Shown here piece after piece: positions 8,227 through 16,025 of a stretch of DNA of 34,597 bases. The translations under genes and the position numbers were made by a program. The notes beneath the pieces were generated by a model, which saw only the letters and a program-made list of their open reading frames with translations, did not search any database and was not told the DNA's origin. This DNA comes from a virus: UHGV virus genome UHGV-0102868. The stretch is one strand, 5' to 3'. Each line of letters begins with the position of its first letter. Position 1 is the first letter of the stretch.

Positions 8227-8386
8227 TTTTACAGATCAAGTTTTAGCCGATTCCTCCATTAAACCGACCTTCGTTTGTTGATAAGCGGGTATGCCTGACT
8301 AGAATCGATTCACTTAAGTAGCGCGCAGGGAGAAGAGGGATGGACCCCGAGCAGGGGAGTGCTATTTATCTGGAAGGATTCTGTTG

Positions 8387-8560
8387 ATGAAAATCGAAGA
8401 ATTGCGTGAAATTTTTAGTGAAAATGGCCTCTATGCTGTGCGCGTTGAGAATGGAGACGTTATCTACACAACGTTAATTCCTGATGATCATGTGATTTTA
8501 TCTATCGAGGCATTCATTGAATATCTGGAAAGGCTCGGTTTCAAGGTGGTTCGGGAATGA
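8387..8560 (+). CDS. small hypothetical protein (57 aa), absent from the ORF track
   Basis: ATG 8387 with RBS GGAAGGA 9 nt upstream; 57 sense codons ending TGA 8558-8560. Confidence 0.35.
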   Translation: MKIEELREIFSENGLYAVRVENGDVIYTTLIPDDHVILSIEAFIEYLERLGFKVVRE

Positions 8561-8619
8561 GTTATAATTCGTAAGCCAGCCTGAACAACTGGCAACCTAC
8601 AGCGCCATTGGAGATAACA

Positions 8620-9219
8620 ATGGCGCATATACAACTGGTCAAACAAACCTCTTCCGGATTACTTCTCCCGGCGACGCCGGAGAGTTGCGATTTTCTGCAT
8701 CAAATCAAAATAGGTGAGTGGATACACGCAGACTTTAAGCGTGTGCGTAACTACGCATTCCACAAGCGTTTTTTCAAACTCCTGCAACTGGGTTTCGATT
8801 ACTGGACTCCGGTCGGAGGGGCGATCACGCCTCGCGAACGAAAACTGGTTTCAGGATTCGTTGATTACCTGTGTGAATCAGTAGGCCGGGAACATACGCC
8901 AGCTCTGAGCGAAGCCGCAGAGCAATATCTGAATACAGTTGCGACACGCAGAACCCGGGATACGGCATTGCTAAAGTCGTTTGAGGCTTTCCGCGAGTGG
9001 GTAACCATTCAGGCCGGATTTTACACCGAGCATCTTTATCCTGATGGTAGTCGTGGGCGTCGGGCGAAATCCATCGCGTTTGCGAATATGGACGAAACCG
9101 AGTTTCAGCAGGTTTATAAATCTGTACTGAATGTGCTGTGGAACTGGATCCTGTTCCGTAAATTTTCCTCTCCGGAACAAGTCGAAAATGTGGCCGCGCA
9201 GCTGCTGGAGTTTGCGTAA
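8620..9219 (+). CDS. conserved lambdoid nin-region protein (DUF1367-like, by recollection)
   Basis: ATG 8620 with RBS GGAGAT; its stop overlaps the next start (TAATG). Family assignment is from memory of lambdoid nin regions, not a search. Confidence 0.55.
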   Translation: MAHIQLVKQTSSGLLLPATPESCDFLHQIKIGEWIHADFKRVRNYAFHKRFFKLLQLGFDYWTPVGGAITPRERKLVSGFVDYLCESVGREHTPALSEAAEQYLNTVATRRTRDTALLKSFEAFREWVTIQAGFYTEHLYPDGSRGRRAKSIAFANMDETEFQQVYKSVLNVLWNWILFRKFSSPEQVENVAAQLLEFA

Positions 9220-9509
9220 TGGTGAATTTATGTAAAGCGGCGCGGGGCCAGATGTGCCAGGTCAGAATTCCTGGCTACTGCAATCACAATCCTGAAACGT
9301 CTGTACTGGCGCATTACCGGCTGGCGGGAACGTGCGGAACCGCGATAAAGCCACACGATATGCAGGCGGCGATTGCCTGTAGCTCATGCCACGATTTAAT
9401 CGACGGGAGAGTAAAAACCAGCGATTACACCAAAGAAGAATTACGCCTGATGCATGCAGAAGGTGTTTTTCGCACACAAGAAATCTGGAGAAAGGAAGGT
9501 TATTTATGA
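9219..9509 (+). CDS. conserved lambdoid nin-region protein with Cys/His cluster (DUF1364-like, by recollection)
   Basis: 96 aa with CNHNPE ... CSSCHD motifs; ATGA overlap with the downstream gene. Confidence 0.55.
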   Translation: MVNLCKAARGQMCQVRIPGYCNHNPETSVLAHYRLAGTCGTAIKPHDMQAAIACSSCHDLIDGRVKTSDYTKEELRLMHAEGVFRTQEIWRKEGYL

Positions 9510-10048
9510 TTTACCCAACAAATACAGGAAAAAGCGGGGAACACCTTCGTCTCACCACGCTGGAAAGTGTCTGGATTCAGGGGAAACTGCGTATGTGGGG
9601 GCGCTGGTCGTATATTGGCGGCGGTAAGACGGGGAATATGTTTAACCAGTTGCTGGCATCCAAAAAATTGACGAAAACAGCCATCAATGAAGCCCTGCGC
9701 AGAATGAAAAAAGCGGGAATGGATAAAATTGAGCTGGCGATATATTTTCGTGAGATGATCGAAGGAAAGCAAAAAAGCTGGCTGGCGCATTGTACGGATG
9801 CGGAGGCGTTATGCATTGATCGGGTGATTAGTGAAGTGCTGGCAAAACACCCAGGATTGATTTGTATCCTCCGGCAACGATATGAAGGGAGGGGGATGAC
9901 TAAGCGTAAAATGGCTGAATTGCTGAATGATGCACATCCTGAGTGGTGTTTTAGCACATGCGAAAAGCGAATTGCTAATTGGTTAGCCGTTGCTGAATAT
10001 GCCCTGTATATTCCCATGCGAGAATCATTTGCTCAAAAAATAGCTTGA
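9506..10048 (+). CDS. putative late-gene antiterminator (Q-like)
   Basis: Strong RBS AAGGAAGG (9492-9499); last gene before a terminator, the tRNAs and the lysis cassette; an LRMWGRW segment is reminiscent of Q-family proteins. Assignment is mainly positional. Confidence 0.45.
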   Translation: MIYPTNTGKSGEHLRLTTLESVWIQGKLRMWGRWSYIGGGKTGNMFNQLLASKKLTKTAINEALRRMKKAGMDKIELAIYFREMIEGKQKSWLAHCTDAEALCIDRVISEVLAKHPGLICILRQRYEGRGMTKRKMAELLNDAHPEWCFSTCEKRIANWLAVAEYALYIPMRESFAQKIA

Positions 10049-10131
10049 TTTTTTACGCATAAATTGCTTCAATTCCGGTATGCTTCGCAAAGCTGTATCG
10101 CGAGGCGAACCAAGCGCATGAACTTTACCAG

Positions 10132-10161
10132 AACCCGCCATTGAGCGGGTTTTGTTGTTTC
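10132..10161 (+). terminator. intrinsic terminator downstream of the Q-like gene (tR'-like candidate)
   Basis: CCCGC-cattga-GCGGG hairpin followed by TTTTGTTGTTT. Confidence 0.5.
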
Positions 10162-10374
10162 TGGGGGGGCATTTCGTTAAATGAAGCTGTGTTGTGCGCA
10201 ATTAGCTAATAACACGAATCGTGAATGTATATAATGCGCTTGTTCCTTCGATGGTGTATTCGAATAACGGATTACTGAATACAGCTATCCCATTAAGGGA
10301 ACACCGCCATCTGCTCATCGGGAAGAGCCGACCATCATTTAAGTGGTAGTTCGATACCTCGGTGGCGGTTCTGT

Positions 10375-10450
<76 letters not shown>

Positions 10451-10453
10451 TAT

Positions 10454-10528
<75 letters not shown>

Positions 10529-10803
10529 GCATTTGAAATAAGCCTTATTGTATTGCAGCACTGGCGTATTTTTATTACGTGGGAGCAGGTTGTTTCGAAA
10601 AAGTATTCTGTTCTCTGGCTATGATTTGAGGCCAGGTGTAGCCTCAGTGCTGATTTTTTTACGGCAGCAGAATGGTGCATTATCGGTGGAGATTTTGTAT
10701 TTCCTGGCAGGGCCGGTGATGTGCCATCCCGATGTTGTAAACATCGCTAAAAATGACATTGAGATTAATCATATACTAAGCAAAACCTGGAAATACATCC
10801 TTT

Positions 10804-10830
10804 ACCGCCTCCACCGGGCGGTTTTTTTTA
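10804..10830 (+). terminator. intrinsic terminator downstream of the tRNA pair
   Basis: ACCGCC-tccacc-GGGCGGT hairpin followed by a T8 run. Confidence 0.5.
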
Positions 10831-11215
10831 TTCTGAACCCTAAAAAAAGAAACACGGACACTGATAATGCCCGTGTGGCAATGCCATGTAAGTTAGCGAT
10901 GAATATGGCGCAAAAAAAAGCGCGGCCGTCGGATTAACGCCGCGGGACAAAGTCCATGAAGACTCATAAGTATTGGCCCCCTTCTGGGGACATGTTCATA
11001 CTACTAAGCTTCAGAAGTGGTTTAAATCATCAAATTAACCTTAATTTTCGATAAGTCTTATTTCATTTCTTTGCGCCACATCTGGCGCGCATCAAATAAC
11101 GCCACGCAAAGGGCATCTGCGGATGCCGGTGCTTTTGACGGGGTGTTTTTTACGGGCCGCTGGTGGCCATTTTTTGTTTCCATTACACAGCGCCCGCATC
11201 TGCGAGGTGGGGGTT

Positions 11216-11431
11216 ATGAAATCCATGGATAAGTTAACAACGGGTGTCGCCTATGGCACCTCCGCAGGCAGTGCTGGCTACTGGTTTTTACAGTTGCTCG
11301 ATAGAGTAACTCCGTCACAGTGGGCTGCAATCGGTGTGCTGGGTAGTCTGGTTTTTGGCCTGCTGACGTACCTGACAAACCTTTATTTCAAGATTAAAGA
11401 AGATAAGCGCAAGGCTGCGAGAGGTGAATAA
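11216..11431 (+). CDS. S: phage-21-type pinholin (S21-like), dual-start MKSM motif
   Basis: 71-aa product [26 protein letters not shown]... with two transmembrane segments and a charged C-terminus; start chosen at ATG 11216 rather than the ORF-track start at 11123. Confidence 0.85.
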   Translation: MKSMDKLTTGVAYGTSAGSAGYWFLQLLDRVTPSQWAAIGVLGSLVFGLLTYLTNLYFKIKEDKRKAARGE

Positions 11432-11928
11432 TGCCTCCATCATTACGAAAAGCCGTTGCTGCTGCTATTGGTGGCGGAGCAATTGCTATAGCATCAGTGT
11501 TAATCACTGGCCCAAGTGGTAACGATGGTCTGGAAGGTGTCAGCTACATACCATACAAAGATATTGTTGGTGTATGGACTGTATGTCACGGGCATACAGG
11601 AAAAGACATCATGCTCGGTAAAACGTATACCGAAGCAGAGTGCAAAGCCCTCCTGAATAAAGACCTTGCCACTGTCGCCAGACAAATTAACCCGTATATC
11701 GAAGTCGATATACCGGAAACAACGCGCGGCGCTCTTTACTCATTCGTTTACAACGTGGGTGCTGGCAATTTCAGAACATCGACGCTTCTTCGCAAAATAA
11801 ACCAGGGCGATATCAAAGGCGCATGTGATCAGCTACGTCGCTGGACATATGCTGGCGGTAAGCAATGGAAAGGTCTCATGACTCGTCGTGAGATTGAGCG
11901 TGAAATCTGTTTGTGGGGTCAGCAATGA
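11431..11928 (+). CDS. R: SAR endolysin (lysozyme with N-terminal signal-anchor-release domain)
   Basis: Gly/Ala-rich N-terminal hydrophobic segment ([20 protein letters not shown]) followed by a lysozyme-like domain; TAATG overlap with the holin stop. Confidence 0.85.
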   Translation: MPPSLRKAVAAAIGGGAIAIASVLITGPSGNDGLEGVSYIPYKDIVGVWTVCHGHTGKDIMLGKTYTEAECKALLNKDLATVARQINPYIEVDIPETTRGALYSFVYNVGAGNFRTSTLLRKINQGDIKGACDQLRRWTYAGGKQWKGLMTRREIEREICLWGQQ

Positions 11929-12389
11929 ACAGAGTAACCGCGATTATCTCCGCTCTGGTTATCTGCATCATCGTCTGCCTGTCATGGGCTGTTAATCATT
12001 ACCGTGATAACGCCATTACCTACAAAGCCCAGCGCGACAAAAATGCCAGAGAACTGAAGCTGGCGAACTCGACAATTACTGACATGCAGATGCGTCAGCG
12101 TGATGTTGCTGCGCTCGATGCAAAATACACGAAGGAGTTAGCTGATGCGAAAGCTGAAAATGATGCTCTGCGTGATGATGTTGCCGCTGGTCGTCGTCGG
12201 TTGCACATCAAAGCAGTCTGTCAGTCAGTGCGTGAAGCCACCACCGCCTCCGGCGTGGATAATGCAGCCTCCCCCCGACTGGCAGACACCGCTGAACGGG
12301 ATTATTTCACCCTCCGGGAACGACTGGTAATGATGCAGGCCCAACTTGAAGGTGCTCAGCAATACATAACCGAACAGTGTTTAAAGTAA
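11925..12389 (+). CDS. Rz: i-spanin Rz
   Basis: N-terminal transmembrane segment then coiled-coil; ATGA overlap with the endolysin stop; position in the lysis cassette. Confidence 0.8.
   Translation: MNRVTAIISALVICIIVCLSWAVNHYRDNAITYKAQRDKNARELKLANSTITDMQMRQRDVAALDAKYTKELADAKAENDALRDDVAAGRRRLHIKAVCQSVREATTASGVDNAASPRLADTAERDYFTLRERLVMMQAQLEGAQQYITEQCLK
12145..12330 (+). CDS. Rz1: o-spanin Rz1 (lipoprotein nested in the +1 frame of Rz)
   Basis: Signal peptide with lipobox VVGC, then a proline-rich stretch [16 protein letters not shown]; wholly embedded in Rz. Confidence 0.8.
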   Translation: MRKLKMMLCVMMLPLVVVGCTSKQSVSQCVKPPPPPAWIMQPPPDWQTPLNGIISPSGNDW

Positions 12390-12526
12390 AATCTTAACTA
12401 CAATATGATTCATTTTGATGATTGTTTCATAAGGAACAGTGAAGTAAGATCTAAGAGGAGTTAAATTTTATACAGTATAATCATAATATTGCAGCAAGGT
12501 GGTTATAATTGAAAGAATATTTAGAT

Positions 12527-13984
12527 ATGAATACATCTCATGTAAGAGTTGTTACTCATATGTGTGGGTTCCTGGTTTGGCTCTATAGTCTTTCAATGTT
12601 GCCACCAATGGTTGTAGCATTGTTTTATAAAGAAAAAAGCCTGTTCGTTTTCTTTATAACTTTCGTTATATTTTTTTGCATTGGTGGCGGAGCGTGGTAT
12701 ACAACTAAGAAATCTGGCATTCAATTACGTACCCGTGATGGGTTTATTATAATTGTAATGTTTTGGATTTTGTTTTCTGTTATTAGTGCATTCCCTTTAT
12801 GGATTGACTCAGAACTTAATTTAACGTTCATTGATGCTCTGTTTGAAGGGGTTTCTGGAATAACAACAACAGGAGCAACTGTAATTGATGATGTTAGTTC
12901 ATTACCTCGGGCATATTTGTACTATCGGTCACAGTTAAATTTTATTGGTGGTTTAGGAGTTATTGTTCTGGCGGTTGCTGTATTGCCATTATTGGGTATT
13001 GGTGGTGCAAAGCTTTATCAGTCAGAAATGCCGGGGCCATTTAAGGATGACAAACTCACTCCCCGCCTGGCCGATACGTCACGGACACTGTGGATAACTT
13101 ATTCTTTATTAGGTATTGCTTGTATTGTCTGTTATAGACTTGCAGGAATGCCTTTGTTTGATGCTATTTGTCACGGGATTTCCACAGTTTCGCTTGGTGG
13201 TTTCTCAACTCATAGCGAGAGTATCGGATATTTTAATAACTATTTGGTTGAGCTGGTGGCTGGTTCTTTTTCCCTGCTATCGGCTTTCAACTTCACTCTT
13301 TGGTATATTGTTATTAGCAGGAAAACGATAAAACCTTTAATCAGAGATATTGAACTTCGTTTCTTTCTGTTAATAGCCTTAGGGGTGATCATTGTTACCT
13401 CTTTCCAGGTCTGGCATATAGGTATGTATGACTTGCATGGAAGTTTTATTCATTCGTTTTTTCTTGCCAGCTCCATGCTCACTGATAATGGTTTAGCTAC
13501 GCAGGATTATGCAAACTGGCCCACGCACACGATAGTGTTTTTGCTGTCGTCAAGTTTCTTTGGGGGATGTATAGGTTCAACTTGTGGTGGAATTAAGTCA
13601 CTTCGATTTCTTATACTTTTCAAACAAAGCAAACACGAGATAAATCAGCTTTCTCATCCCAGAGCGTTGTTGAGTGTAAATGTAGGAGGGAAGATAGTTA
13701 CAGATCGTGTAATGAGGTCTGTATGGAGTTTCTTTTTTCTTTATACTCTCTTCACGGTGTTTTTTATACTGGTGTTAAATGGTATGGGATATGATTTTCT
13801 TACATCATTTGCAACAGTGGCTGCATGTATTAATAATATGGGATTAGGTTTTGGGGCTACTGCATCGTCATTCGGAGTGCTTAATGACATTGCAAAATAT
13901 TTAATGTGCATAGCTATGATTCTTGGTCGCCTTGAAATTTATCCTGTTATTATATTGTTTTCAGGTTTTTTTTGGCGCTCCTAA
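12527..13984 (+). CDS. trkG: TrkH/TrkG-family potassium uptake transporter (moron)
   Basis: Polytopic membrane protein with repeated selectivity-filter-like glycine motifs (SGITTTGATV, IGGLGVIVL, STCGGIKSL), as in TrkH/TrkG; AT-rich. Alternative TTG start at 12509 behind SD AAGGTGG. Confidence 0.85.
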   Translation: MNTSHVRVVTHMCGFLVWLYSLSMLPPMVVALFYKEKSLFVFFITFVIFFCIGGGAWYTTKKSGIQLRTRDGFIIIVMFWILFSVISAFPLWIDSELNLTFIDALFEGVSGITTTGATVIDDVSSLPRAYLYYRSQLNFIGGLGVIVLAVAVLPLLGIGGAKLYQSEMPGPFKDDKLTPRLADTSRTLWITYSLLGIACIVCYRLAGMPLFDAICHGISTVSLGGFSTHSESIGYFNNYLVELVAGSFSLLSAFNFTLWYIVISRKTIKPLIRDIELRFFLLIALGVIIVTSFQVWHIGMYDLHGSFIHSFFLASSMLTDNGLATQDYANWPTHTIVFLLSSSFFGGCIGSTCGGIKSLRFLILFKQSKHEINQLSHPRALLSVNVGGKIVTDRVMRSVWSFFFLYTLFTVFFILVLNGMGYDFLTSFATVAACINNMGLGFGATASSFGVLNDIAKYLMCIAMILGRLEIYPVIILFSGFFWRS

Positions 13985-14121
13985 TATATGGCTGATTTAT
14001 AATTGTGAGTTTAATATTATATTGACTCACTCATTGATCCAATACCTAACTTTACCAGCAACACCTCCGCCCCCAGTAGCACTGGCTGCTGGGGTGCGTT
14101 TTATTCATAAAGCAAGGCTGT

Positions 14122-14910
14122 ATGAGCGAGAAATTAAAGATAGTCTATCGCCCATTACAAGAATTGTCACCGTATGCGCACAACGCCAGGACGCACAGTA
14201 CTGAGCAGGTGGCACAACTGGTAGAAAGTATTAAGCAATTCGGCTGGACTAATCCGGTGCTGATTGACGAAAAGGGCGAAATTATTGCGGGTCACGGTCG
14301 TGTTATGGCGGCTGAAATGCTCAAAATGGATTCTGTTCCGGTCATTGTTCTGTCTGGCCTGACGGATGATCAGAAAAAGGCGTACCGCCTGGCAGATAAT
14401 CGCCTACCGATGAATGCTGGCTGGGATGAAGATCTGTTGCGGATGGAGCTGTCGGACCTAATCAATGCTGATTTTGATGTCTCCCTGACAGGCTTCGGCC
14501 CGACAGAAATTGATGAACTGTTGACGGATGTTTTGCCCGGTACAGGAAATAAGAAGGAGCCGTATACGACGAAAATTGATACGCCTGTTTATGAGCCGTC
14601 GGGCGGTAAACCGGATATCAGTGAACTGTACGACGATACGAAAACTCAGGAGCTGATCAGCCGGATACGTTCGGCGTCCCTTGATCCTGATATTGAGAAA
14701 TTCCTCCTGTGTGCGGCAGAACGTCACACGGTGTTTAATTTCAGCAGAATTGCGGACTATTACGCTCATGCCCCCGCTGAAATTCAGTGCCTTTTCGAGG
14801 AGTCGGCGCTGGTGATCATTGATTATCAGCAGGCTATTGAAAATGGATTTGTCCGAATGACGCAGCGCATGGTGGCGATCATGCATAGCGGGGAGGAGGA
14901 ATATGCGTGA
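14122..14910 (+). CDS. ParB-like nuclease domain protein
   Basis: N-terminal ParB/sulfiredoxin-type signature (IIAGHGRVMAA, DNRLPMNAGWD); 120-aa C-terminal extension of unknown function; its stop overlaps the next start by 8 nt. Confidence 0.75.
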   Translation: MSEKLKIVYRPLQELSPYAHNARTHSTEQVAQLVESIKQFGWTNPVLIDEKGEIIAGHGRVMAAEMLKMDSVPVIVLSGLTDDQKKAYRLADNRLPMNAGWDEDLLRMELSDLINADFDVSLTGFGPTEIDELLTDVLPGTGNKKEPYTTKIDTPVYEPSGGKPDISELYDDTKTQELISRIRSASLDPDIEKFLLCAAERHTVFNFSRIADYYAHAPAEIQCLFEESALVIIDYQQAIENGFVRMTQRMVAIMHSGEEEYA

Positions 14911-15835
14911 TGATTTTTGCGCCTTTATTCTGACTCACGGGCGACCGGACAAAGTTCTGACTTACCGGACGTTGCGTCGTGCTGGCTATACCGGGAAAAT
15001 TTTTATCGTTGTTGATGATGAAGATAAGACACGGCATCAGTACATGGCTGAATTTGGTGAACAGGTGCTGGTATTTTCCAAAGCAGATATTGCCAGTCGT
15101 TTTGACGAAGCCGATAATTTTGGTGACCGCCGCTCAATTTTTTACGCCCGTAATGCCTGTTTCGACCTGGCAAAACTGGTCGGGTGTAAATACTTCATTC
15201 AGCTCGATGATGATTATCACGAGTTCCAGTTTCGGGTGGATCGCAACTATGACCAGGCCTATTTCCCGATAAGGAAACTGGATGCGATCCTTTCTGAAAT
15301 GCTGGCGTATTACGAATCAATACCCGCGCTTTCCATCGCTATGTCGCAGGGCGGGGATTTTCTTGGTGACAATGGCGGCCATGCTTCGTGGGTGAAACGC
15401 AAGGCAATGAACAGCTTTATCTGTTCGGTTGATCGACCGTTCTCATTCATGGGGCGCATTAACGAGGATGTGAATACGTACACGAATCTCGGTCGCCGTG
15501 GTGAATTGTTTATGACGATCGGTGCTGTCCAGTTAGGGCAGAAACAGACGCAGAAAAACAGCGGCGGAATGACCGAGCTGTATCTGGATTCCGGGACCTA
15601 CGTTAAAAGTTTTTATTCCGTCATGTATGCGCCGTCGTGCGTAAAAATCTCACTGATGGGCGCCAGCCATAAACGCATTCACCATCAGGTCACCTGGAAC
15701 AACGCTGCAGTAAAAATCCTTCACGAAAAATACAGGAAGAAGACACCCTGCATATTAATGGGGGTGACAAATGATTCCGTATTCGAAAGTCGAGTCTCTG
15801 GCAGCGTGCCGGATGACTGCACAACAAATCGCTGA
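14903..15835 (+). CDS. GT-A-fold glycosyltransferase-like protein (DxD motif)
   Basis: Strong RBS GGAGGAGGA; spacing of beta1 (CAFILTHGRPD), beta2 (KIFIVVDDEDKT) and DxD (YFIQLDDDYH) matches GT-A nucleotide-sugar transferases by eye; translationally coupled to the ParB-like gene. Confidence 0.6.
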   Translation: MRDDFCAFILTHGRPDKVLTYRTLRRAGYTGKIFIVVDDEDKTRHQYMAEFGEQVLVFSKADIASRFDEADNFGDRRSIFYARNACFDLAKLVGCKYFIQLDDDYHEFQFRVDRNYDQAYFPIRKLDAILSEMLAYYESIPALSIAMSQGGDFLGDNGGHASWVKRKAMNSFICSVDRPFSFMGRINEDVNTYTNLGRRGELFMTIGAVQLGQKQTQKNSGGMTELYLDSGTYVKSFYSVMYAPSCVKISLMGASHKRIHHQVTWNNAAVKILHEKYRKKTPCILMGVTNDSVFESRVSGSVPDDCTTNR

Positions 15836-16022
15836 CGTTCTGGATGTTGATCTGAACCGACTGAAAGAAAATCGGGAAGCAATGACAAATTTTTACGCGT
15901 CCATCCGTAAGGGCAGAGCGAAAGGTGAAGCCGAGCTACGGGCGGCATTGTTTAAGCTTGCCAGAAAAGGGGATGCCTTTGCCCTGCGCGAACTACTCAG
16001 GGTGGATAAAAATCAGGACTAA
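15771..16022 (+). CDS. small HTH-like DNA-binding protein (possible terminase small-subunit accessory domain)
   Basis: RBS GGGGTGA; HTH-like segment MTAQQIADVLDVDL; overlaps the 3' end of the GT-like gene in another frame. Start uncertain (15771 or 15813). Confidence 0.4.
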   Translation: MIPYSKVESLAACRMTAQQIADVLDVDLNRLKENREAMTNFYASIRKGRAKGEAELRAALFKLARKGDAFALRELLRVDKNQD

Positions 16023-16025
16023 CTG

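Noticed and set aside
10548-10937. 129-aa + strand ORF between the tRNAs and the holin
   Set aside because: Begins within a few nucleotides of the tRNA-Gly 3' end and reads straight through a strong intrinsic terminator hairpin (10804-10830); no convincing RBS; translation looks non-protein-like. Treated as non-coding leader.
11114-11129. Short palindrome GGCATCTGCGGATGCC upstream of the holin
   Set aside because: Only a 6-bp arm, and it falls inside the alternative upstream reading frame; too short to distinguish from chance without comparative data.
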